Virus record (IMG/VR): IMGVR_UViG_3300031555_007195 | Span: 1 to 64,000 of that record | DNA: 64,000 nucleotides | Direction: 5' to 3' (one strand) | DNA from: a virus | Lineage: Duplodnaviria; Caudoviricetes | Part shown: positions 45,711 through 55,247 of the stretch, one piece after another | Numbering within the stretch: position 1 is the stretch's first letter | How the letters are laid out: each line of letters opens with the position of its first letter | The notes under the pieces: model-generated | The model's database searches: none | What the model was told of the DNA's origin: nothing | The model's input: only the letters and a program-made list of their open reading frames with translations | Position numbers and translations under genes: made by a program

Positions 45711-45989
45711 TTAAGCATTGTGTAAGATGGCTTTTACCTCATCTACGGAGCGGACGACGCAGGCATAGCCACCACAGTTTTTAATTTTCTTTATAGTCGC
45801 ATCCTGCAGAGCGGTTGTCTTGCCAATATCGGTTTTTACCTCAAAAGCATAAAACTTGCCGTTGACACAAGCAATAATATCGGGAATCCCGGCTGTGCCG
45901 TACATACCGCCGTGTTCTTTCCAAGCAAAGCAGTTCGGTACGGTTTTTAAGTATTTCAAAACGGCTTTTACAATATCGTTTTCTTTCAT
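45711..45989 (-). CDS. VRR-NUC nuclease
   Basis: GIPDII...FEVK...TALQ. Confidence 0.88.
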   Translation of the reverse strand: MKENDIVKAVLKYLKTVPNCFAWKEHGGMYGTAGIPDIIACVNGKFYAFEVKTDIGKTTALQDATIKKIKNCGGYACVVRSVDEVKAILHNA

Positions 45990-46199
45990 CTGTCAATCAA
46001 ACTCCTTTATTTAAGAGGTTTCTTACACTATTGACACATAAAAAAGCATTTTCACAGAAATTTATTTTTTGTTTTTTCAATATATGGGAGAGTGAAAAAA
46101 TACAATATATAAATATATAAAAATAGGATTTTTACTGTCAAATGTGTCTGTTAGCATTATGGAGAGTCTCTATTTTATGCAATAAAGACTCATCCAGTC

Positions 46200-48683
46200 T
46201 TAATTAAATGGGTCTGTCAGCTTTATTCCGTTGAGAATTCTTCGTTTGCCCAAAGTGTCAACGCCTCTGGTTACTTCGGAGAAGGTTGATGTTAGCTGTT
46301 GCACAAACATCCTCTGTGAATACGGCTTAAGACCGCATTCTTCACAGTAGCCTTTGTAAGCATTGAAGATTTCGGTACTTCCAACATAAGAATTACGTTC
46401 AAACTCGCAGTTTTCCTTAACAAAGGAAAGCACAGAGTCGCTGTCTTCACGGTACTGCTGAAGTTCCGCTTTATTGACACTTGTTTCGGAAAATACGAAT
46501 TGCTTCTTCATCAAGCGTTTAAGTCCCTCAAGAGCAAAGAGGAATATGCCGTCAGCTTCCGTACGGAATTTTTCAACAAGATCGGGGTCACGCTTTTCAA
46601 CGGGAACAGGCTTGTTAAAACGCATAATGATAAGTCTACGGTAGAAACCTTCGGAGCGGTCACCGTAGTTTTTAGGGATGCTGTTGCAGGAGAATAGCAG
46701 TCTTGCACAGGACTGAAAAGAAAACGGATTCTTGTTTTTCTTTTCAACCGTAAGATAGTCTTCACCGACCAATGCCTTGAAGATGCCGTTGTCATCAATG
46801 TACTTTGTAGGAAGGTCAGCAAAGATATTAGCAAGTTTGCCGAAAAGCTCTGCCGTCTTAAAACGCTCATTGAGTGCCTGCCACGATACATTTGACACAT
46901 TCTGTTTGCCAAGCAAGATGTCGTTAAGAACACGGAGCAATACTGATTTTCCCGCTCCGCCGACACCAACAATGACAAAGCATTTCTGTGCCGAATTTAC
47001 AGGGATAAGGAAGTAGCCGAGCATTTCCTGTATAAGAGCAACTTGCTCCATATCACCATCCATAGATTCCTCAAGGAATTTTAAGAACCGAGGACACTTT
47101 GCGTCCTTGTCATATGTAACACCGAGCTGTACCGTAGAATAGTAGTCGGGGTTATGTTCGACAATGGTATCTTCAAGAATGTTGTAAAGTCCGTTTTTGA
47201 CATTGATGATATAAGGGTTCGGGTTAAGTTCACGAATGTCTTTCTGAACACGGAGTTTCCACTGCTGTGTCGTATCCACAATTTGATTCATCTTCATTTC
47301 ACGGGGAAGCATCTTTTCCTGAACAAGACGCTGTGCTTCCATTTCAGAGATTTCTTTAAACACACCGCCTTGATAAAGATAGAACTGTTCCGCCGCATAA
47401 AAGACCTTCTGTGTTTCCGCCATATGTTCGGCAAGAACACCGGGAAGGAATTTAAGTCCCTGCGAACCCACGGTATACCATGCAGGAAGTTCAAGGACAC
47501 TTTGATTTGCCTTTGTTTTTGCGTTTGCCTGAAACTCACGGCTTGTTTCCTTGTAAATCTGCGACAACGGACGAAGAAAGGTGTTCTTCAACTTGAATCG
47601 TTCCTTAAGTTCAAAGTTTATAACAGCCTCTGCGGTTACGATGTCCTGATTATAGAGGTATGTGACAATAAAGTTTTTAGCTGTTTGCATATCACGCATT
47701 GCATCCCCGGTAACCTCAAGAGAAGAGATGATATCACGAAGCCCGTCAATATTCATAGGCTGATAGCACATTGCAGCGGGAGCTTTGCAAGAACATTCAC
47801 CGCTTTCCATTTTCGGACACTTGAAACCTTTCTCTGCAATTGTTTTACAGGTGATAGGTTTGGTACCGCTCTCAAGAAAGTGATTGATTTTCTTCTGTGT
47901 GCCTTTTTCTGAATAACCGGGATAAGGTGCGGAAAGTTCGTGAATCAGCTTGACCCCACCTTCGAAGGGGGCAAGGTTTGTAATCATTGCATACCAGTCG
48001 TGTTCGGAAAGAGCCTTCGCATCAGTACGGCAATGCTTAATGAAGTCGCATCCGTGAAGCAGAAGTTCTATGCCTTTTTCGTTTCCTGTCTTTGTTTCCA
48101 CAACCTGTTCTTCGCACTCGGGAAGAACTTCAATAAGCTGTTCCTGTGTATATTTGCGTTCGGGGTGAAAAGAAATACACTCAACCATAATAGGGTCTTT
48201 CTTGCAATGATTGAAACCGGGAAGTCGCATTACACGGCTTTCGTTTACGCACATAGGGTCGCCGTGAAAATGTGCAACGAGCTGTTTCTGAATAGGACGG
48301 AACATTTCGATCTTTGCATTTTTCACAAGCCAATAGACGTGCAGAGACTTGCGTGTTTTAATAACCATAGACGGAGGGAGCGGAAATTCACCGACTGCTT
48401 TCTGCTGTTCTTCAAAAGACAAATCATCCATTTCAACGAACTGTGCGTTAATTCTGGTAATACTGCCATCGTCTTGGCCACCGTGATTTACAACAAAGAA
48501 AATACCGCGATTCTGTTCGTTGTGGGATTTCAGCGTCGGTTCTATCGAGGCATATTTTCCTGCTTCCATTTCAAGCTTTGCCCCGGAGAACACTCCGCCT
48601 TTCTTGTCATCGAAAATACGAAAACAAACTGTGTCTTCGGGGTTGAAGAAAGTGAGAATAAAATCCTGTACAGAGATTGTCAT
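46200..48683 (-). CDS. Primase-helicase (RepB-like primase N-term, P4/D5 SF3 helicase C-term)
   Basis: AQFVEMD...SLHVYW; Cys cluster; GVGGAGKS; RRLIIMRF. Confidence 0.88.
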   Translation of the reverse strand: MTISVQDFILTFFNPEDTVCFRIFDDKKGGVFSGAKLEMEAGKYASIEPTLKSHNEQNRGIFFVVNHGGQDDGSITRINAQFVEMDDLSFEEQQKAVGEFPLPPSMVIKTRKSLHVYWLVKNAKIEMFRPIQKQLVAHFHGDPMCVNESRVMRLPGFNHCKKDPIMVECISFHPERKYTQEQLIEVLPECEEQVVETKTGNEKGIELLLHGCDFIKHCRTDAKALSEHDWYAMITNLAPFEGGVKLIHELSAPYPGYSEKGTQKKINHFLESGTKPITCKTIAEKGFKCPKMESGECSCKAPAAMCYQPMNIDGLRDIISSLEVTGDAMRDMQTAKNFIVTYLYNQDIVTAEAVINFELKERFKLKNTFLRPLSQIYKETSREFQANAKTKANQSVLELPAWYTVGSQGLKFLPGVLAEHMAETQKVFYAAEQFYLYQGGVFKEISEMEAQRLVQEKMLPREMKMNQIVDTTQQWKLRVQKDIRELNPNPYIINVKNGLYNILEDTIVEHNPDYYSTVQLGVTYDKDAKCPRFLKFLEESMDGDMEQVALIQEMLGYFLIPVNSAQKCFVIVGVGGAGKSVLLRVLNDILLGKQNVSNVSWQALNERFKTAELFGKLANIFADLPTKYIDDNGIFKALVGEDYLTVEKKNKNPFSFQSCARLLFSCNSIPKNYGDRSEGFYRRLIIMRFNKPVPVEKRDPDLVEKFRTEADGIFLFALEGLKRLMKKQFVFSETSVNKAELQQYREDSDSVLSFVKENCEFERNSYVGSTEIFNAYKGYCEECGLKPYSQRMFVQQLTSTFSEVTRGVDTLGKRRILNGIKLTDPFN

Positions 48684-49117
48684 AATACCGCCTCCTCGCT
48701 AAAGTATTTAATGGGTTTTCCCAGACGTTTCGCTTCTTTGATTTCCTGTTCCATGCCGGAAGAGAGGTTTTCACCGAAGCACCACACCTCATCGCATAAA
48801 GCAAGAAGTGCCAAACCATACATTGTGCCGATTTCTCTTTCATCCGGGTTATTGTCGTCTACAATCTGCGGATACAAAAGGTGTGCCGCAATAGGCATTT
48901 TCTTTTTATCAATTGCGAAACGGCAATAACGGATAGCATTTCTTACATTGTTTTCAACATCACCGGCATAACGTGACACAATATACACCTTTGAGCGTTC
49001 CTTAATTTCGGTCTGCCTGCGCCAAATTTCACGGCGCTCTTTTTTGTATTCTTTCATTACTCGACCCAATGCAACACCTGCAGTTGGGTCGGTGTAACCT
49101 TCACTATTTTTATACAT
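48680..49117 (-). CDS. Nucleoside-deoxyribosyltransferase-fold protein (DUF4406-like)
   Basis: KVYIVSRYAG, CDEVWCFG, SSGM..EI. Confidence 0.72.
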   Translation of the reverse strand: MYKNSEGYTDPTAGVALGRVMKEYKKERREIWRRQTEIKERSKVYIVSRYAGDVENNVRNAIRYCRFAIDKKKMPIAAHLLYPQIVDDNNPDEREIGTMYGLALLALCDEVWCFGENLSSGMEQEIKEAKRLGKPIKYFSEEAVL

Positions 49118-51045
49118 TACACATCCTCCAGTTCTTCCATCGAGCCGAAGGTCTCACCGGCGGAGGCTTCTGCTACAAGTGGTAAATCAAATTCAAGGAA
49201 AGGCTGTTCTTCCATACAACCTTTTATAAAATGCACAGCTTCCGAGAGCTTGTCTTTAGGGATAATAAAGGTCAACTCATCGTGAATCTGCAGGATAGGC
49301 TTGAGCCACGGTTTTTTTGGTAAACCCACCAGGATTCGAGTTACGGCAAGTTTCAAAATGTCTGCAGCTGTGCCTTGAATCGGTGTGTTCAAAGCACAGC
49401 GTTCAGCAAAGGACTTAACCCCCCAATCTTCACTGCGAACACCGGGAAGGTATCTGCGTCTGCCACTCCAAGTTTCCGAGTACATCTTGCGAACGGCATC
49501 TGCTTTGGTTTCTTCTTGCCAAGAGGTTAGGCCTTTGTAACCATTTTTTAAGTTGCTGATAATGTCGGCACATTCAGCTTCGGATTTTTCTACTCCGGCT
49601 TTGAATTTCAAAGTCCGCTGAAGTCCTCTTGGAAAGAGACCGTAAAAGGTGCCGAAATTGACGTTCTTTGCAATGGTGCGGTGTTCCTTATAATCTGCGG
49701 AATGTTTATCCTGTGCTTCGTCATAAGTAACACCGAAAATAACCGATGTTGTTGCTGCATGAATATCTCCACCGCGTTTGTAAGTGTCCATCATAACTTC
49801 ATCACGGCAATAAAATGCACCGACACGAAGTTCAATCTGTGAAAAGTCAAGGGATAGAATAAGTTTATTGTCATTTGCTTTTATAAAACTGCGAACACCG
49901 ACGGGGTCATTAGTTTTTCTTGGCATATTCTGTGCGTTAGGATTACGGCAGTTCATACGCCCTGTGTCTGTAGACAGCGAAAAAAGGTCCGGGTGAATAT
50001 TTCCTGTTGCAGTGTTGCGATATTTAAGGTAACCGTCAATATAGGTGGATTTGATTTTCCCCCATTTGCGGTATTCTTGAACCAAAGTGAAAAGGTTCGA
50101 AAGTTCAGGCTTGTTTTTGTCACACCACTCCTTGAGAAGAATCATAGTCATATCGTTTGCTGCTTCTTTATCCGAAGCGGTTGTTTTGAGTATGGGAAGT
50201 CCCAGGTCTTTGAAAAGATAATCCTTGAATGCTTTTGTGCTACAGTTTGCACCGATAGGAACATCACCGATAATGAATGAAATCTCATTTTTGATGCGTT
50301 CCATTTCCATCTCGGCTTCTTCCTTACGCTTGAGCATAAGCGGATAGTCTATGGGAACTCCGTTATATTTCATAATGCCGAGATAAACAGCTGTCGGTGA
50401 TTCAATCTCCTCAATGACAAAGCGATGCTTCGGCAAATAACGGTCAAACCATTTATTAAAGAGGTTGTATAAACGAAGTGAGAAATCCGAGTCTGCTGCA
50501 CCGTAACGCACAGTTTCTTCATCTTGTGCATCAAGCTCATCAAAGTGTTTACCGTCGGTAACATCGGTAAAAGAAGGTAACGGCTCACCACAAAGTTCAC
50601 TTGCGAGCTTTTTTAAACCGCTGTCGGATAGATTTCTGAACTCGGTGTTACTCTTAAGGGAAAGCTGTGAAGCCGCGATGGTATCATACACGGGAGGCAT
50701 AATCACGATGCCGAGTGCGTAAGACATCTGCGACTCAAATGCGATGTTATGAGCAACCTTTGTAATTGACGTATCGGTGAGGAACGCACGAAGAAAAGAG
50801 AAGAATTCTTCTGCGTTGATGTTTGTGCCGATGCGGTGTGCAATTGGAACATAAATACCTGTGCCTTCTGCGACAGAAAAGGAGCAACCTACAATGTTGG
50901 ATTTGTGAGCATCAAGGGCTGCTTTGTCCTCATCACGATAGGCATAAATGGGAGCAGTTTCAAAGTCAAATGCGACAACCTTACAGTTGCCTATATATTT
51001 TCGGATACCTTCAATCGAGGTAACACATTCATAGTTAGTTTTCAT
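49117..51045 (-). CDS. Family A DNA polymerase with 3'-5' exonuclease
   Basis: FDFET (ExoI), DFSQIELR (A), RTIAKNVNFGTFYG (B), QIHDE (C). Confidence 0.92.
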   Translation of the reverse strand: MKTNYECVTSIEGIRKYIGNCKVVAFDFETAPIYAYRDEDKAALDAHKSNIVGCSFSVAEGTGIYVPIAHRIGTNINAEEFFSFLRAFLTDTSITKVAHNIAFESQMSYALGIVIMPPVYDTIAASQLSLKSNTEFRNLSDSGLKKLASELCGEPLPSFTDVTDGKHFDELDAQDEETVRYGAADSDFSLRLYNLFNKWFDRYLPKHRFVIEEIESPTAVYLGIMKYNGVPIDYPLMLKRKEEAEMEMERIKNEISFIIGDVPIGANCSTKAFKDYLFKDLGLPILKTTASDKEAANDMTMILLKEWCDKNKPELSNLFTLVQEYRKWGKIKSTYIDGYLKYRNTATGNIHPDLFSLSTDTGRMNCRNPNAQNMPRKTNDPVGVRSFIKANDNKLILSLDFSQIELRVGAFYCRDEVMMDTYKRGGDIHAATTSVIFGVTYDEAQDKHSADYKEHRTIAKNVNFGTFYGLFPRGLQRTLKFKAGVEKSEAECADIISNLKNGYKGLTSWQEETKADAVRKMYSETWSGRRRYLPGVRSEDWGVKSFAERCALNTPIQGTAADILKLAVTRILVGLPKKPWLKPILQIHDELTFIIPKDKLSEAVHFIKGCMEEQPFLEFDLPLVAEASAGETFGSMEELEDV

Positions 51046-51105
51046 AGCGTTGTCTCCTTATCTGTGTGTCCGGGGAGGGCGAACCCTCCCCAAACAACAT
51101 CATTC

Positions 51106-51870
51106 TTATTTCAGAGGTTCGATAACTTCACCTGTGTCTGCGTCTACAAACGAAGTTTCTTCATCTGCGACGAGATCTGTGGTTGTAAGGTTTGCAGCAT
51201 ATGTTTTCATCTGGTCAACAAGAGGTGCGAGAGAATTAACTTCATCCTCGGTAAGCTGACGCACAAGCTTAAATACTGCCTGGGAGTATGCGATGTTACT
51301 GTCGGACATAGCCTTCTTGAGGCTGATTGTGGTAACAACACGACTTAATGAACTTCTCTGTGTGAGAAGGTGCTTCACATAGTTCTTGTATGCGCCGGAC
51401 GAACCGACAGGCAGATTGAGGATAACCGGGAAAAGCTGACCTTCACGAAGGATGTAAAGGATACGGCGGTTTTTACAAGCCTTGCTTTTACCGTCACCGC
51501 TTCCGAACTTGTTATAAGGGCAAGTTTTACAATTGCCACCGGGAGTTCCTGTTCCGTGAATACCATCAAAGGAAGAACAATCGGGAGGATTGCTTCCGCC
51601 GGTGTACTTGTCCTTGTAATAGGAATTTGCAGGATGGTTAAAGAGAATAACACCTGTGATTTCCTTTACCATTTCAGGCTCATCGCTGTCCCCGGTAGGA
51701 ATCTCAAATGCAGTCGAACCACCGGCAGGGATTTTGATACGGTCAAGCTGAAGCTCGATGCCTGCACAGTCTTCGCTCATTGCTTCGTTAAGCCACTGCA
51801 TATCTGCAGGAGTTGCAAAGCCGGAGTTTGTAATTTCGTTGTTTTCTTTCTTCATGATTTCGTTTGACAT
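51106..51870 (-). CDS. Putative single-stranded DNA-binding protein
   Basis: IKIPAGG, PDCSSFDG, CKTCPYN.FGS...KACK, acidic tail; position next to the polymerase. Confidence 0.65.
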   Translation of the reverse strand: MSNEIMKKENNEITNSGFATPADMQWLNEAMSEDCAGIELQLDRIKIPAGGSTAFEIPTGDSDEPEMVKEITGVILFNHPANSYYKDKYTGGSNPPDCSSFDGIHGTGTPGGNCKTCPYNKFGSGDGKSKACKNRRILYILREGQLFPVILNLPVGSSGAYKNYVKHLLTQRSSLSRVVTTISLKKAMSDSNIAYSQAVFKLVRQLTEDEVNSLAPLVDQMKTYAANLTTTDLVADEETSFVDADTGEVIEPLK

Positions 51871-51939
51871 ATTAGTGTCCTCCTATAAATTTAAGATAAT
51901 TTTTGTTGTTGCATTGCTTCATTGAGCGTTGTTTCTATA

Positions 51940-52347
51940 TCAGCCCTTGCGGATGCCGACAGATACTTTTTCGTGAATATTCACCACATCTGCCAACCAC
52001 GCAGGGACTTCATCGGCGTTAAGAGATTTTTGTTCCTTAACGAATGATGCGAGGGTGTTTGCGTTGACGCTTTCGGTAACGATGTCACCGTAGCCATTGT
52101 CTTTAAGAGCAAAAATCATATCGTCCTTTCGACCTGCCACAGGAGATGCGAAGAGTCGTGTGTTAAGGTAGAAGGTATTACCGTTGCGAGAGAATCTTTC
52201 GCATTCGGCTTCCGCCATAGCATCCGAAAGTTCGAGATCGAGGCGGTCAATTTCCGCTGTAATTGATTTAACCTCTGTTTCAAGTTCTTTTTTGCGGTCT
52301 TTCAGTTCTTTGAGCTGGTCCGCAAGTGAAAAAATATAGCTGTCCAT
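51940..52347 (-). CDS. Phage hypothetical coiled-coil protein
   Basis: Start MDSYIFSLADQL; VNANTLASFVKE. Confidence 0.7.
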   Translation of the reverse strand: MDSYIFSLADQLKELKDRKKELETEVKSITAEIDRLDLELSDAMAEAECERFSRNGNTFYLNTRLFASPVAGRKDDMIFALKDNGYGDIVTESVNANTLASFVKEQKSLNADEVPAWLADVVNIHEKVSVGIRKG

Positions 52348-52363
52348 AGTCAAAATCTCCTTT

Positions 52364-53785
52364 TCATTTAAATGGGTTGATACCTTTTCGGTAATCGTCA
52401 ACGAGTGTTTTTGCCAAGTCCACCTTGTGCCGTAATGCACGGAGAACTTTGACATCAACTGTGCCTTTAGCAACGAGATATATGTAAAGGCAGTTTTCGG
52501 TTTGTGATACTCTGTGAATACGGGCCTTTGCCTGCTCGAAGTTACTCATACTGTAATCAAGCGAATAGAACACCATCGTAGATGCAGCGGTTAAAGTAAT
52601 ACCGAGACCGGCGGCTGCTATCTGTCCTACAAAAACACGGCAGTCAGAGTCTTCTTGGAATCTGCGTATTTCTTCCTCACGGTTCTTCACTCCGCCACGG
52701 ACAACAGCGTAGCCGATGCCTTTCTCTTCAAGTAGCTTCTGAATATCATTCAGTTCCGGTACGAACCTCGCCATAACAACGATTTTCTTTTCTTCTGCCA
52801 TAGCCGAATCGATAACATCGGACAGAGCTTTCAGCTTTGCTGTGCTTACAGGATTTGAATCGCCTTCGTCATCGGTAAGGTGTCCTCCTGTCAACTGCGA
52901 TAAACGGAGCAGTTTTGTTAAAACATTAACCGCAGAAACCTCTGAATCGGCAAGCTCGATGTAACTTTCTTTTTCGAGTTGCTGATAGATTTTCTTTGCT
53001 TTATCCTCAAGTTCAACGGTGCGAACTTCCTCGGTAATGTCGGGAAGGTCAAGGCACTCTGCTTTGGTTACTCGGTATGCAATGGAATGCATTTTCTCAA
53101 GAAACTCATCAAGCATATAGTTGCGGAAACGAGGAATGTGATTTCCGTAGCCAACCATGTCAAAGTAACGATTGCGGAAAACATAGAAGCTGTCACCGAA
53201 TATCTTTCTGTTGAGGTATCTGTACTGCGAAAACACATCAAGCTCTTTGTTTGTAATTACTGTGCCTGTGAGCAGAAGTTTGTATCTTGCTTTGTCACCG
53301 AAGTGATGCATAGCTTTGGATTGGGCCGTTCTTGCTTCCTTGATTTTGTGAGCTTCATCGGCGATGATGAGGTCTGCATCAAATGCAAGGAGTTCTTTTT
53401 CGATTCGCCAGGCACTTTCGTAATTCACAACTACGATTTGAAGCTCGTAGTTGCCGAGAGCCTTGAGAGTTTCTCCTTTTTCTTTGCTTGAGCCTTTAAG
53501 AACAGTTACTGTGTGCGGGAAGTCTGCAAACTGCTCAAATTCCTGTTCCCATACACCTAAAATAGAAAGCGGTGCGGTTACGAGAATCTTTTTGACCTTG
53601 CCGAACTGATAAAGTGCTCCTGCAATTGCGATGCTTGTAAGCGTTTTGCCGGTACCCATCTCCATCAGCAAAGCCACGCCGTTACTGCGTGAAGCTGAAT
53701 GCAACAGTCCGAACTTCTCACAAGCAAAATCAAATGCTTTGTACTGATGTGCATAGGGTCTTGCTTTTACGGGCATTGGAATCAT
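52364..53785 (-). CDS. SNF2-family helicase
   Basis: EMGTGKT, DEAH, LTGT, GLGITL, QAKARIHR. Confidence 0.92.
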   Translation of the reverse strand: MIPMPVKARPYAHQYKAFDFACEKFGLLHSASRSNGVALLMEMGTGKTLTSIAIAGALYQFGKVKKILVTAPLSILGVWEQEFEQFADFPHTVTVLKGSSKEKGETLKALGNYELQIVVVNYESAWRIEKELLAFDADLIIADEAHKIKEARTAQSKAMHHFGDKARYKLLLTGTVITNKELDVFSQYRYLNRKIFGDSFYVFRNRYFDMVGYGNHIPRFRNYMLDEFLEKMHSIAYRVTKAECLDLPDITEEVRTVELEDKAKKIYQQLEKESYIELADSEVSAVNVLTKLLRLSQLTGGHLTDDEGDSNPVSTAKLKALSDVIDSAMAEEKKIVVMARFVPELNDIQKLLEEKGIGYAVVRGGVKNREEEIRRFQEDSDCRVFVGQIAAAGLGITLTAASTMVFYSLDYSMSNFEQAKARIHRVSQTENCLYIYLVAKGTVDVKVLRALRHKVDLAKTLVDDYRKGINPFK

Positions 53786-53789
53786 CGGT

Positions 53790-53924
53790 TTAATTTCCTC
53801 CTTCTTTAAGTTTCATTGCTTTGGTGACCTTTTTTGCCAAGTTTGCGGATACGATGATAAAGTCAAGAAGAAGGTCAACCAATTCTTCTGCCGGAGTCAT
53901 CGTGCTGTTTTCGTGTTCTTTCAT
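53790..53924 (-). CDS. Small hypothetical protein
   Basis: MKEHENSTMTPAEELVDLLLDFIIVSANLAKK; RBS GAAGGG. Confidence 0.6.
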   Translation of the reverse strand: MKEHENSTMTPAEELVDLLLDFIIVSANLAKKVTKAMKLKEGGN

Positions 53925-53967
53925 CTGTTTCACCCTTCCGTAAGAAGTAGGTATTGTTTGCTTCTTA

Positions 53968-54006
53968 CACTGACCACTGGAAAGCAAAAGGCCGTTTGGG
54001 AAAAAA
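53968..54006 (-). promoter_or_regulatory. Copy 2 of the bipartite 39-bp motif upstream of the replication operon
   Basis: CACTGACCACTGGAAA-N9-CGTTTGGGAAAAAA directly after the sigma-like gene stop. Confidence 0.7.
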
Positions 54007-54009
54007 TTC

Positions 54010-54519
54010 TCAAAAATAATCAGGAAATTCTTTTTTTACTGTCTCAAAGAGCTTTTTTATACGGTAGGCATATGTTTTTCTGCCTACACCGATTTTCTCT
54101 TCAATGGCTCTCTCACTCATGCCTCGTTGCCGTAATGTGCCGATTTCTATAGCCTCCGGCATTATTTCACCGATTCTTGCAAGAATCCGTTTCAGTTCGA
54201 TTTCATCCGCTACAATCTCTTCGATAAGCGGAGTGTCATCGGTCAAGTCTTCAAGCCAGGACTTTTCGTTTCCATCCTCATCGGTAATTGTGTAATTTAA
54301 GGAAAGAGAATCTCCGGCTCGGCGGAAAGGACAGGTTTCGCAGTCCATATCACAGTCAAGCCATTTTGCCTTCGGGCAGACACACTTGCCGTGGTTTTGT
54401 TTTGTCCTTCTGTAGGCGTTAATGTCTCGGTAGTAATCGTTGAATTCCTGCTCGGATACAGGCACTCTTTCTTTTGTAGAGCGAAGATAAATGTAGCGTT
54501 GTTTGTTGTTGTTAATCAT
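54010..54519 (-). CDS. Sigma-70 region 4-like transcription factor
   Basis: CVCPKAKWLDCDMDCETCPF; C-terminal HTH GMSERAIEEKIGVGRKTYAYR; start MINNNK after GGAGG. Confidence 0.78.
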   Translation of the reverse strand: MINNNKQRYIYLRSTKERVPVSEQEFNDYYRDINAYRRTKQNHGKCVCPKAKWLDCDMDCETCPFRRAGDSLSLNYTITDEDGNEKSWLEDLTDDTPLIEEIVADEIELKRILARIGEIMPEAIEIGTLRQRGMSERAIEEKIGVGRKTYAYRIKKLFETVKKEFPDYF

Positions 54520-54524
54520 TGAAA

Positions 54525-54632
54525 AAATCCTCCGTGTTCGATGTTCTCGAAACGGAGGATTTAAGTTCAGCTGCAAAATGGGCGCAAAAAACAACTGCAG
54601 TCCTAACGAGAATTCTCCGTTTCGGATTGCAG
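54525..54632 (-). promoter_or_regulatory. Two-hairpin leader with mutually exclusive pairing (attenuator-like)
   Basis: Hairpin 54525-54562 sequesters the GGAGG RBS and is followed by a U-run; CGAAACGGAG (hairpin 1) is complementary to CTCCGTTTCG (hairpin 2). Confidence 0.6.
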
Positions 54633-54749
54633 CAACCCGCTCAAAAGGTAGCTGTTATATTTAGTTGTATATTACATACCGTTGAGCTATCGGTGATCAG
54701 GCGATACAGTATGCAATGTTCAAAGACTTTCTGCGTCTTTGATACTTTT

Positions 54750-54778
54750 ATTGTAACGCTTAATTTCTGATATGTAAA
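54750..54778 (-). promoter_or_regulatory. SigA-like early leftward promoter
   Basis: Minus strand TTTACA-17 bp-TACAAT. Confidence 0.6.
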
Positions 54779-54963
54779 AACTCGTGAAGTTACTAAAAAG
54801 AATAAAAAAACCTCAACTTTTGAGCTGATTTAATACAAAAATCAGTCTAAGTTAAGGTTTTTTGTGTTTGCAACATTAGTTTTTGTAACTCAGTCAGTTA
54901 CTAAAATTTTTATTTTTGTGCAAGTAATATAAATTATACAACCAAAAATTTATATAATAGTCA

Positions 54964-54992
54964 TTGTAAAAGTAATTACTTTGTGTTATAAT
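54964..54992 (+). promoter_or_regulatory. SigA promoter of the R-M operon with a palindromic operator in the spacer
   Basis: TTGTAA-17 bp-TATAAT; perfect palindrome AAAGTAATTACTTT at 54969-54982. Confidence 0.72.
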
Positions 54993-55025
54993 ATAAATAT
55001 ACCTTTAATTTTTAGGAGGATAATT

Positions 55026-55235
55026 ATGACTGAGTCCAGAAAAAGCATCGTTCCAATGGAACACTATAATATGTCTGACTTCCTTCGCGGACAGGCGTCA
55101 AAAATCATTACCACAATTTCTGAAGAAGATAAGGCTGGATTTATTTTGAAAAACGGAAAACCTATGGCTGTTGTTATATCCAATGAAAGATATAAGAGAC
55201 TGTTACAGGCTGGAATAGATCTTAATGAGTATTAA
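55026..55235 (+). CDS. Phd/YefM-family antitoxin-like protein (no toxin adjacent)
   Basis: MSDFLRGQASKII...FILKNGKPMAVVIS.ERY; RBS AGGAGG. Confidence 0.75.
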   Translation: MTESRKSIVPMEHYNMSDFLRGQASKIITTISEEDKAGFILKNGKPMAVVISNERYKRLLQAGIDLNEY

Positions 55236-55247
55236 TTAAGGAGGAAT

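Larger units (their letters stand above)
14914..54790 (-). mobile_element. Prophage: HK97-type head, contractile PBSX-like tail, dual large serine recombinases; att sites not located
   Basis: Contiguous co-oriented integration, lysis, tail, head, packaging, modification, replication and regulator modules. The right boundary may extend over the defence cluster. Confidence 0.9.

Noticed and set aside
47154-48929. Long plus-strand ORFs (252 aa, 329 aa) opposite the primase
   Set aside because: Antisense shadows with no recognisable motifs or RBS; the same applies to most short nested ORFs in the track (e.g. 790-1383, 12290-12931, 36770-37405).
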